Shown in pieces: positions 34,129 through 42,503 of a stretch of DNA of 64,000 bases. The DNA lies in contig JAFGGD010000059.1 of assembly GCA_016930695.1 (NCBI GenBank), positions 14,286 through 78,285 on the forward strand, written 5' to 3'. The notes under the pieces are model-generated. The model ran no database searches. It worked only from the letters and a program-made list of their open reading frames with translations, and was not told the DNA's origin. This DNA comes from Candidatus Eiseniibacteriota bacterium (GTDB lineage Bacteria > Orphanbacterota > Orphanbacteria > Orphanbacterales > Orphanbacteraceae). Within the stretch, counting starts at the first letter, position 1, and each line of letters opens with the position of its first letter. A program made the position numbers and the translations under genes.

Positions 34129-35955
34129 ATGGTCGGTCGAATAGCGACGGTCGTTCGGCGGCGCAACGTCTCGGCGGCGCTGATTCCGCCGATTCTCTCT
34201 CTACTTCTACTCGCGGCCGGAAGCGGCTGCGGGCGAGACGCCCCCTTCCGCGGCCACCACGTGGTCCTGATCAACATCGAAACCTTGCGGGCCGATTGCT
34301 GCGGCGCGTACGGCGCCGAATTGGGTTGGACGCCGGAAATCGACTCGTTGGCGGCGCGCGGGATTCTCGTGGAGAGGGCATACACGGTCGCCCCCTGGAC
34401 GCGTCCCAGCGTGGCCTCTCTCTGGACGGGGCTTTATCCGTCGCAGCACGGAGTAAAGCGGATGGATCCCGATCACCGCCTGCCGGAAAAGGCGGTCACC
34501 CTGGCCGAGCGATTCGCCGGCGCGGGTTATCGGACCTTCGGCGCGGTCACCAACGCCAACCTCTCGCCTGAGTTGGGATTCGCCCAAGGATTCGAGGAGT
34601 ACCTCTATCGGATCGGGGCTCGGGCGGACACGCTCGCCGCATGGACCCTCGATTGGGTGGACCGCCAAATCGCGGGACTCGAAGAGGGGAAGAAGGGACC
34701 GCCCCTCTTCATCGCGCTTCATTTCGACGAGCCGCACGGGGCTTTCTTTCAAACCGCCTTTCGCTCGGGGGTGGACGGCAAGAGCCGAGAGGAGATGATC
34801 CGCCGGGTGGAATCGCTGGAAGAGGGGGAGAGGATCGCCGCTCTCGAAGCGTACGGAGCACGCGTGGCCGCCGTGGACAAGGCCATCGGGGAGCTCGTGC
34901 GCGATCTTCGGGCGCGTCTCGGATCCGATTGGCTCCTCGTTCTGACCGCCGACCACGGAGAAGAATGGTTCGATCACGGCGGCTTGTTTCACGGATTCAC
35001 CCTTTACGAGGAGCTGATCCGGGTGCCGCTCCTTTTCGTGTCGCCCGGGCTCGCGCCGTCGAAGCGCCCGGGGCCGATGCGCAACGTGGACGTCCTGCCG
35101 ACGCTCTCCGCCTGGACGGGGCTTCGGGAGGACGGCCCGAACGGGGGCGGTTCGGCGTTGGGGCGGGCGCTGCTCGGCCACGGTCTTTTCCCCGAAGACG
35201 TTTTCGCGGAGACCGACTATGAAAGAGCGCTGGTCTCTCGGATCGGGAAACGAGAAAAATATATATCCGATATTAATAACAACTGGGTAGAAATATACGA
35301 TGTTAATTGTGATTTGGGCGAGCGGCGAAACCTGGCAGAAGAGGGGAGGGGAGGGGAGGGCGAACACGCCGCCGCCGTCGAGGCTTGGCGCGCGAACCTG
35401 GCGGCGGGGACCATCGCGCCGGAAGACGGGGAGCCCTCCCTCGATGCGAGAAAGAGAAGCGAGCTGGAGGAAGAACTCCGCGCCATCGGATACCTCGGCG
35501 CGAAAGGGCGGGAACGCGGGACTCCGTGGCCCGCGGGAAATCGCCTGGACTGGCGAGGTCTTTACCGGCGCTTTCGGGTCTTGCGGGCCGGTGACCCTGA
35601 AATCTCCTTCGACGGAGGCGAGTGGAAAACCGGCGCATTCCCCCCACGCAGGGTCGGGTGGGCGGATGCGTCCATCACCGTGAAAGCGTCATTCCGTAAC
35701 GGATGGGCATTGCTCGGATCTCATCCTTGGAGCGGCATCGCGGAGATTGAAGTCGACGGTCGGATCGTAGAGAAGATCGATCTTTTCTCCCCGCAAGAGG
35801 GGGACCGGCAAAAAGTCCTGTCGATTCGACTCGCCGATGCGGGGCCGCACACGGTACATATTCGAGCCACTGGCGAGAAAAGCGGCGGCTCGCGGGCATC
35901 GGAACTGCTGTTCGATGGCTTCGCGATCGAGAGGGTGGACGGGGTGGGGAGGTGA
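34129..35955 (+). CDS. Exported sulfatase/alkaline-phosphatase superfamily protein with C-terminal beta-sandwich domain
   Basis: Signal/lipoprotein-like N-terminus, INIETLRAD, APWTRPSVASLWTG, TADHGEEW.DHG, ELRAIGYL; start uncertain (34123 or 34129). Confidence 0.85.
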   Translation: MVGRIATVVRRRNVSAALIPPILSLLLLAAGSGCGRDAPFRGHHVVLINIETLRADCCGAYGAELGWTPEIDSLAARGILVERAYTVAPWTRPSVASLWTGLYPSQHGVKRMDPDHRLPEKAVTLAERFAGAGYRTFGAVTNANLSPELGFAQGFEEYLYRIGARADTLAAWTLDWVDRQIAGLEEGKKGPPLFIALHFDEPHGAFFQTAFRSGVDGKSREEMIRRVESLEEGERIAALEAYGARVAAVDKAIGELVRDLRARLGSDWLLVLTADHGEEWFDHGGLFHGFTLYEELIRVPLLFVSPGLAPSKRPGPMRNVDVLPTLSAWTGLREDGPNGGGSALGRALLGHGLFPEDVFAETDYERALVSRIGKREKYISDINNNWVEIYDVNCDLGERRNLAEEGRGGEGEHAAAVEAWRANLAAGTIAPEDGEPSLDARKRSELEEELRAIGYLGAKGRERGTPWPAGNRLDWRGLYRRFRVLRAGDPEISFDGGEWKTGAFPPRRVGWADASITVKASFRNGWALLGSHPWSGIAEIEVDGRIVEKIDLFSPQEGDRQKVLSIRLADAGPHTVHIRATGEKSGGSRASELLFDGFAIERVDGVGR

Positions 35956-35969
35956 GAGGAAATCGTCCG

Positions 35970-36830
35970 CTAGCGGCGTTTCCGAGCGCCTTTTTTCGAT
36001 GATTTTTTCGCCACCGATTTTTTTGCGGTCGACTTCGTCGTTTTCTTCGTGGGTTTTCCCGCACCGGACCGCCGCGCCGGCTTTTTCGCGACGGCCGTGG
36101 AAGACGTCCGGCGACCACCCTTCTTGGCGATAGCCGGTTTCTTTCTCGGCGCCTTCTTCTTGGTCACCTTCTTGCCCGCGGTTTTCTTCCGTGAAACGCC
36201 CTTTGTTTTTTTCACGGACCCCTTCTTGCGGGCGGTTTTCTTCGTCGCGGGCTTTTTCTTGGCGTTCTTGGCGGGACGCGGAGAGGTTTTCTTGGTCTTC
36301 TTTTTCGTGGTTTTCTTGGTGGGTTTGGGCTTCGGTTTCCGGACCGTCTTCTTCATCTGTTTGGGGGGGGATTCACTGCTACCCCGTGACTTCGCCCGGG
36401 AGCCCTCCTTCTTCCCGGTGGCCGTCGCCACGGCCTCCGCGGGGGCTTTCTTCTTCTGCGATTGCGCGGCCGGCGCCTTCTTCCCGGCCTTCCCCTCTTT
36501 CGCCGCGACTTTCTCCTGCTTTTTTTTCTTCGGAGCCGGGTATACGATACGCCCGCAGAACTCGCACTGGATAACCTCGGTCCCCATTTTCTGAATAATC
36601 AGGTTGGTTTCCGGGTACTTCATTCCGCACCCCTGGCAAACCAGATCCTCGATCACCGCCAGCCCGGTTCCGCTTCTTTCTTTTCGCAGGCGATAATAAT
36701 GGAGAAGGTCGGGGTCTATCTTGTTTTCAACTCGGCGGGCCTTGGCCTTCTTCTCCTCCTTGCGCATACGCTTGCGCTCGATCTCTTCCAGTTTGAGAAG
36801 AAGCTGGACCTGTGGGTGCATGTCGATCAT
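35970..36830 (-). CDS. C4 zinc-ribbon (DUF164/CT398-like) protein fused to a ~190-aa Lys/Ala-rich histone-H1-like tail
   Basis: LLHYYRLRK...GLAVIEDLVCQGC...QCEFCGRIVY, then KKT/KKA-rich low-complexity sequence. Confidence 0.8.
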   Translation of the reverse strand: MIDMHPQVQLLLKLEEIERKRMRKEEKKAKARRVENKIDPDLLHYYRLRKERSGTGLAVIEDLVCQGCGMKYPETNLIIQKMGTEVIQCEFCGRIVYPAPKKKKQEKVAAKEGKAGKKAPAAQSQKKKAPAEAVATATGKKEGSRAKSRGSSESPPKQMKKTVRKPKPKPTKKTTKKKTKKTSPRPAKNAKKKPATKKTARKKGSVKKTKGVSRKKTAGKKVTKKKAPRKKPAIAKKGGRRTSSTAVAKKPARRSGAGKPTKKTTKSTAKKSVAKKSSKKGARKRR

Positions 36831-37052
36831 CGCTCGATTCCCGTCGAGGCCGGGGCCTGGTCAAGGATCCCCGCCGCCCCTTCGCTGTTTGGAGGCTTAC
36901 GAGATCGATCCCAGGCGACGGAGAAACAAACCAGGGTGTGGAGGGACGCCCGTAATCCGTTCTGGTAAAAAAATACCATGTTCGAGAAGGGAGAAAAGAA
37001 AAATCGACACGCGGGTTTGGCTGGGCCACACAACCAATTGTAATTAATGACG

Positions 37053-37925
37053 TTAAATTGCCTGGTCGTCTTGGGATCCGGCGAGAAGCTCCTGAAACAG
37101 TCGCTCGAATTCTTCCGTCCCGTAGTACTCGATCTCGATAACCCCGCCCGCGCCGACAGGACGGATTCGTACACGAGTCCCGAAACGGAGGCGGAGCTTT
37201 TCCTCCAAAGACTCGATCTGGGGGTCTCTTCGGGCGGGTGATCTGCTCTTTTTCTTCCGCGGCGGCCGAACACCGCGACCGAGTTCCTCGGTGCGGCGCA
37301 CCGAGAGCCCTTCTCGTAACACTCTTTTAAATAAGCCGTTGCGCGACTCTTCGTCCGCAACCTGCAGAAGCGCCCTTCCATGACCGGCCGTGATCTTCCC
37401 CTCCGCCAATGCTCTGCGAATCGGCTCGGCCAGGCGGAGAAGACGAATGGAATTCGTGATGGAGGTGCGATCCCTGCCGACCAGTTCGGAAACGGTCTCG
37501 TGCGTCAATCCCTGCTCTTCGATGAGAACGCGGAACGCCTCCGCTTCCTCCACAGGATCGAGGTCTTCCCTCTGCAGGTTCTCGATCAGCGCCCACTGCA
37601 GCATATCCTCGTCGGGGACTTCGCGTACAACCACGGGGACCTTATGCAACCCCGCCTTTTTCGCCGCCAGAAAACGTCTCTCGCCGGCAACGATTTGAAA
37701 ACCATCTCCTGTGGGCCGCACGACAATGGGTTGCAGAATCCCCTTCGCCCGAATCGATTCCGCCAGCTCTTGGATCTTTTCGGGGTCGAAACGCCTACGG
37801 GGCTGTGCTTCATTAGGAACGATCTGCTCGATCGGAGCCTCATTAACCGGTCGTGTTTTATCCAACTCAGATGGATTAGCGGAGAGCAGCGCTTCCAACC
37901 CCCTGCCCAGCACCCTTTTCGTCAT
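37053..37925 (-). CDS. parB: Chromosome partitioning protein ParB/Spo0J
   Basis: [41 protein letters not shown]. Confidence 0.97.
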   Translation of the reverse strand: MTKRVLGRGLEALLSANPSELDKTRPVNEAPIEQIVPNEAQPRRRFDPEKIQELAESIRAKGILQPIVVRPTGDGFQIVAGERRFLAAKKAGLHKVPVVVREVPDEDMLQWALIENLQREDLDPVEEAEAFRVLIEEQGLTHETVSELVGRDRTSITNSIRLLRLAEPIRRALAEGKITAGHGRALLQVADEESRNGLFKRVLREGLSVRRTEELGRGVRPPRKKKSRSPARRDPQIESLEEKLRLRFGTRVRIRPVGAGGVIEIEYYGTEEFERLFQELLAGSQDDQAI

Positions 37926-38679
37926 TTTCGATCACCTCTTTGGCTAGCGCCAAGTAACACCTTGCGCCCAAACAAGTTACGTCATATAAAAGGATGGGTT
38001 TGCCGAAACTGGGCGCTTCGCTCAGGCGCACATTTCGAGGAATTACGGTCTGGTATACCTTTTGGGGGAAATATGCCCTTGCCTCTTCCGCCACCTGCCT
38101 GCACAGATTGAGGCGGCGGTCATACATGGTCAGCAACACCCCCTCGAGATTGAGGCCCGGGTTGAGGTTCTTCTGAATCAGACGAACCGTGTTGAGAAGC
38201 TGAGTCAGGCCCTCGAGAGCGTAATACTCGCATTGTATCGGGATCAGTACAGTATCCGCCGCCGCGAGAGCATTTACCGTGAGAAGGCCAAGAGAGGGAG
38301 GGCAATCAATGAAAATATAATCATAATCATCCTTTACGGCATCGAGCGCCTTTTGCAGGCGGTACTCCCTCCCCATTTCGCTGACAAGTTCGATCTCAGC
38401 GCCCACTAAATCCCGGCTGGAAGGGACAAAATCGAGAAAACGGGTCTCTGTCTGTCGAATGACCTCTCGGATCGGCGTCGACTCCAGAAGTACCTCGTAA
38501 ATAGATGCGTCCTCGTCGGAAGCCGAAATCCCCAAACCGCTCCCCGCATTGGCCTGGGGATCGATATCGACCAACAGGGTCCTTTTCTCCGCCACTGCAA
38601 TGCTGGCGGACAGGTTCAAGGCGGTGGTCGTCTTGCCGACCCCACCCTTCTGATTGGCGACTGCGATGATTCGTCCCAT
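37876..38679 (-). CDS. parA: Chromosome partitioning ATPase ParA/Soj
   Basis: [46 protein letters not shown]. Confidence 0.97.
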   Translation of the reverse strand: MGRIIAVANQKGGVGKTTTALNLSASIAVAEKRTLLVDIDPQANAGSGLGISASDEDASIYEVLLESTPIREVIRQTETRFLDFVPSSRDLVGAEIELVSEMGREYRLQKALDAVKDDYDYIFIDCPPSLGLLTVNALAAADTVLIPIQCEYYALEGLTQLLNTVRLIQKNLNPGLNLEGVLLTMYDRRLNLCRQVAEEARAYFPQKVYQTVIPRNVRLSEAPSFGKPILLYDVTCLGARCYLALAKEVIENDEKGAGQGVGSAALR

Positions 38680-38693
38680 CTCTGTCCTAACGA

Positions 38694-38709
38694 CGTTTCA
38701 CGTGAAACA
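38694..38709. promoter_or_regulatory. parS: parS centromere-like site
   Basis: CGTTTCACGTGAAACA, 15/16 match to TGTTTCACGTGAAACA, 14 nt upstream of parA. Confidence 0.9.
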
Positions 38710-38871
38710 TCCAAGAGACCCTTCCTGGATCGAGATGATAGGAGACGCGAGGCGTTCTGACAAGGGGGAATCGTGATCTCCAAAAAATGGACCGGGATCC
38801 CCTTTTGACACGGAGATGAACTCCGGTCTATTCTGCAAGGAGCTTTGTTGTTTTTGAAAAGGAGAAAGAGA

Positions 38872-40287
38872 TTGGCTATTGAATTCTATTCCTGGGGAGC
38901 AGCTCTCGAAGTTACAGGTTCCAAACATTTCCTCCGGACATCGGAATCCTGCGTTCAGGTTGATTGCGGCATCTTTCAGGGGCGGCGCCAGGAAACCGAC
39001 CAGAAGAACAGAGAGTTCCCTTACGATGCAACCACCGTGGACGCCTGCGTCCTCACGCATGGGCACCTGGATCACTGTGGAAACCTCCCCTCGTTGGTCA
39101 ACCATGGATTCAAAGGACCAATATACTGCACACCGGCGACCCTGGATATTGCCCGCCTTATCTTGATGGATTCCGCCCATATTCAAGAGATGGACGCACG
39201 GTTCGCCAAGAAGCTGGCGAAGAAACAGCGACGGCGGGGTGGTTTCATCGCGGAACCTCTCTACACGCTCGCCGATGTCGAAAGAACATTGAAGCAGTTT
39301 CAGACGATGCCCTACGGCGAAGAGAGGGAGGTTGCCCCCGGGATGACTCTCTCTTTTTCCGACGCCGGACATATTCTGGGATCCGCCATGCCCCTCTTCC
39401 ATGTTCGAAACGGCAAGGAAGAGCGCCGCATTCTCTTTTCTGGGGACCTGGGGCGCAAGGGTCTTCCGATCCTCCGCGACCCCCATTTTCCGGAAAAAAC
39501 CCCCGATGTGTTTGTCTGCGAGAGCACATATGGCAACCGACTCCACGAGGATATCCTGAACGCCAAGGAAGAACTCGGCCGCATCGTTCGAGAAACATCC
39601 GCCAATGGCGGCAAGGTGATCATTCCCGCTTTTGCCGTGGAAAGGACGCAAGAGCTGATCTTCTTCCTCCATCTACTGAGTGACGAGGGGAAGATTCCGG
39701 ATATTCCGGTATTCGTCGACAGCCCGATGGCCGTTCGGGCCACTCAGATCTTCCGGAACCACCCGGATTGCTACGATGAGGAGACGCGCCAAGCTTTCTC
39801 GGATCACCACGAGAACCCCTTCGGTTTTGAGCGCCTCACCCTGGTACGCGAGGTGGAAGAGTCCAAAAAGCTAAACGCCCTTCATGGGCCGGCAATTATC
39901 ATCTCCGCCAGCGGAATGGCGGAAGCGGGCCGAATCCTGCACCACCTCATGAACCACATCGGCAACCATCGAAACACGGTGCTCATCGTGGGATATATGG
40001 CGGAACACACGCTCGGCCGCCGGCTCGCCGAGGGAAAGACCAAAGTAAAGATCTTCGGAGACGAGTATGACGTCCGTGCCCAGGTCAAGGTTATGAATGA
40101 ATTCAGCGCGCACGCGGACTATCAAGAGATCCTCGACTTCATTGAGCCTTACGACAGGGAAACCTTGCGGCAGATTTTACTCGTCCACGGCGAGGAGGAG
40201 GCGCAGACGCACATGCGGGAGGAGCTCACAAACGCGGGGTTCGGTCAGGTGGATTCCGTGCAGTACGGCGAGACATATCTTATATAA
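38872..40287 (+). CDS. MBL-fold metallo-hydrolase of the beta-CASP/RMMBL (RNA-processing) type
   Basis: GAALEVTGS, THGHLDHCG (HxHxDH), AGHILGS, ESTYG, SAHAD, LVHGE; TTG start at 38872. Confidence 0.92.
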   Translation: MAIEFYSWGAALEVTGSKHFLRTSESCVQVDCGIFQGRRQETDQKNREFPYDATTVDACVLTHGHLDHCGNLPSLVNHGFKGPIYCTPATLDIARLILMDSAHIQEMDARFAKKLAKKQRRRGGFIAEPLYTLADVERTLKQFQTMPYGEEREVAPGMTLSFSDAGHILGSAMPLFHVRNGKEERRILFSGDLGRKGLPILRDPHFPEKTPDVFVCESTYGNRLHEDILNAKEELGRIVRETSANGGKVIIPAFAVERTQELIFFLHLLSDEGKIPDIPVFVDSPMAVRATQIFRNHPDCYDEETRQAFSDHHENPFGFERLTLVREVEESKKLNALHGPAIIISASGMAEAGRILHHLMNHIGNHRNTVLIVGYMAEHTLGRRLAEGKTKVKIFGDEYDVRAQVKVMNEFSAHADYQEILDFIEPYDRETLRQILLVHGEEEAQTHMREELTNAGFGQVDSVQYGETYLI

Positions 40288-40368
40288 ATGCAATTGGTTG
40301 CGCGCCCCAAGTTGACGCCGGGTCCCGCCGCGGGTACGGTGGACCTGTCTCTCGCTGGGAGTGTTTCC

Positions 40369-41973
40369 GTGCGCCTTCGATGGTTCTTCCTTCTGTTTTT
40401 TTTCTCCCTCGCCTGTGGAGACAATTCGTCTTCCCCTCCCAATGGAACCCTTCCCGTTTGCCCGGATCAGCCTTACGCCAACGTGAATCTGCTTGCCGGG
40501 CGGCTTTCCGATCAGCTGTACGATCTGGACGTGGCGCAGGTTCTTCTTATGAAAGGCGCAACGGAGCGTTTTATTTACACCATTGCCGGGCACGATTCCA
40601 GCTTCTACCGCCAAGAGGTCTATGACCTCATGGAATCGTCCATCCGGATCGACGCCGGCGCCGACTCGATCCTCGCTCTGCTCGATGCGATCGCGACCAC
40701 ATCCGACACCCTGGACGATTATCCGGATTGGGGCCCCCTTTTTCAGGAGTGGGAGCAATCCATCGCGGAAGCGATCGACGGAGGACGCGCTCGCTTCTCC
40801 TCTCTCACCGAAAGAGCAAGGGTGCTCGGTCTGGAGATGACCGCGAATCCCTCATCGCCGGAAGCGCTCGCCATGTCCTGCCGCGCCGGGGAAATCGCGC
40901 CCCGATTCGATTCGCTCGATGAATTCATCGCGGGGGCCACCCGGGATGAGTGGCGGGACTACCTGCCCACTCTTCCCGCCTGCGCGCTCGACAAATGGCG
41001 GTCCGGCTGGTCCTCTTTTGTCCGCGCACAGGTCGACACAATGGGCGCCATCGAGAAACCGTTCTGGGGGCCGATCGGTTTGTTCCATTTAAGCGACATC
41101 CTCGGCTCGGAACCGGATTGGGAGCAGGTGGGGACGTGGGGAGGAGACGCCGGAGCTCTCGAGATCTCGTGGGAAAACACCTCCGGGGCCGGTGATGCCC
41201 TTGCCGTCCTCCTCCCCTGCGGGGATGAGCTTTCGGGGAGCTATTACCACCCCTTCCTGATGCGAAACCCGCCCCGAATCGAGCCGGTCCCCGCCGGATC
41301 CTATCGCGTGCTACTCTTTCTCTCGGGATTCCGCCCCTCGGTTTCCGACACCCTTCACGTCGATCCCGGGGAAACCACGGCCTATCAAGCGGAGCCGACA
41401 CCCCTCGATTGCACGGATTGCGTCCTCACCGGAGGGGAGGTCGATCTTTGGGTCGTCGATCCGACCAGCGACGAACACATCAACAATGATTTCAACGTCC
41501 CCTGCGACACCGAGGTATGGGAAGGGGAGATGCTCTTCCAGCTCCGATACGACCTGGACACTCTCGATCATTCCTGCATCGTGCGTGCGGCCTCCACATT
41601 TCGCTTTGAGGTGGACTGCTCCACCCGCGCCATTCAGGGGGACGGTCTCGGACCCGTCACTCTGATTCCCGAGGCGCTCGGAGATTATGTGCTGGTCGGC
41701 GCCGTCCCGGACTCGGTCCGCATCGTCGTCTCCGGTCAACGGTACCGGACCGGATTGGAAATTGAATTTCACCGCGACCCGGGTCTTTTCTCGGCCGTCG
41801 TTTTTTCTCCGACAGGAACCGAGGAGATGCGCGACGTCTCGGGCCGAGTCGTCCCCGGATACTCCACTACGCTGCAACTGGGGACGGCCCAAAGCGCGGA
41901 GACCCGGACGCCGCCGGGCGCCGACGAAACGAGCCCCTTCTTCTTTCACGCCACCATGCGGCGCGTATTTTGA
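40369..41973 (+). CDS. Hypothetical lipoprotein
   Basis: GTG start with GGGAG SD gives MRLRWFFLLFFFSLA-C lipobox; no family recognised (ORF track start 40288). Confidence 0.65.
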   Translation: MRLRWFFLLFFFSLACGDNSSSPPNGTLPVCPDQPYANVNLLAGRLSDQLYDLDVAQVLLMKGATERFIYTIAGHDSSFYRQEVYDLMESSIRIDAGADSILALLDAIATTSDTLDDYPDWGPLFQEWEQSIAEAIDGGRARFSSLTERARVLGLEMTANPSSPEALAMSCRAGEIAPRFDSLDEFIAGATRDEWRDYLPTLPACALDKWRSGWSSFVRAQVDTMGAIEKPFWGPIGLFHLSDILGSEPDWEQVGTWGGDAGALEISWENTSGAGDALAVLLPCGDELSGSYYHPFLMRNPPRIEPVPAGSYRVLLFLSGFRPSVSDTLHVDPGETTAYQAEPTPLDCTDCVLTGGEVDLWVVDPTSDEHINNDFNVPCDTEVWEGEMLFQLRYDLDTLDHSCIVRAASTFRFEVDCSTRAIQGDGLGPVTLIPEALGDYVLVGAVPDSVRIVVSGQRYRTGLEIEFHRDPGLFSAVVFSPTGTEEMRDVSGRVVPGYSTTLQLGTAQSAETRTPPGADETSPFFFHATMRRVF

Positions 41974-41986
41974 GGAGTCAATACAG

Positions 41987-42379
41987 ATGACACTAACTTT
42001 AGAGGTACAAACTTCTTCGAGAATACAAACGCTGGACATCACGCGCGAAGTGGCCTCCGCGATTCCGGAGGGAGCGAGCGGGTTGTGCGTCGTCTACACC
42101 CCCCACACGACGACGGCGATCGGCATCAACGAGGGGGCCGATCCGGACGTGAAGCGGGACATCGAGAGCAATCTCGCGCGCCTTTTCCCGGAAAGGGGAG
42201 ACTACCGTCACGCCGAGGGAAATTCGGACGCGCACCTGAAATCGGTTCTGATCGGACCCTCCGAGACGATACTCGTCGACGAGGGGAGGCTTGTTCTCGG
42301 AAGATGGCAGTCGGTCTATTTCTGTGAGTTCGACGGTCCGCGGACCCGTCGCGTTCTGGTCCGCTTCATCGCGGGATGA
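41987..42379 (+). CDS. yjbQ: YjbQ/UPF0047 family protein (secondary thiamine-phosphate synthase)
   Basis: PHTTTAIGINE, HAEGNSDAHLKS, LGRWQSVYFCEFDGPR. Confidence 0.93.
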   Translation: MTLTLEVQTSSRIQTLDITREVASAIPEGASGLCVVYTPHTTTAIGINEGADPDVKRDIESNLARLFPERGDYRHAEGNSDAHLKSVLIGPSETILVDEGRLVLGRWQSVYFCEFDGPRTRRVLVRFIAG

Positions 42380-42503
42380 GGGACGCGGAACGCCGGTCGG
42401 CCGGAGAGTACGCCTTCGCGCTCCGCCGCGGCGCAGCCCATCCTCATCGCACACACCAACCACCCCGAACGACAAACCCGCGCGCGCCGGCGATGCCGGC
42501 CGA

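Noticed and set aside
35970-36540. Short TTCTT/AAGAA periodicity suggesting a CRISPR or tandem DNA repeat
   Set aside because: Explained by Lys-rich low-complexity coding; no constant repeat-spacer structure. No CRISPR array was seen anywhere in the window.
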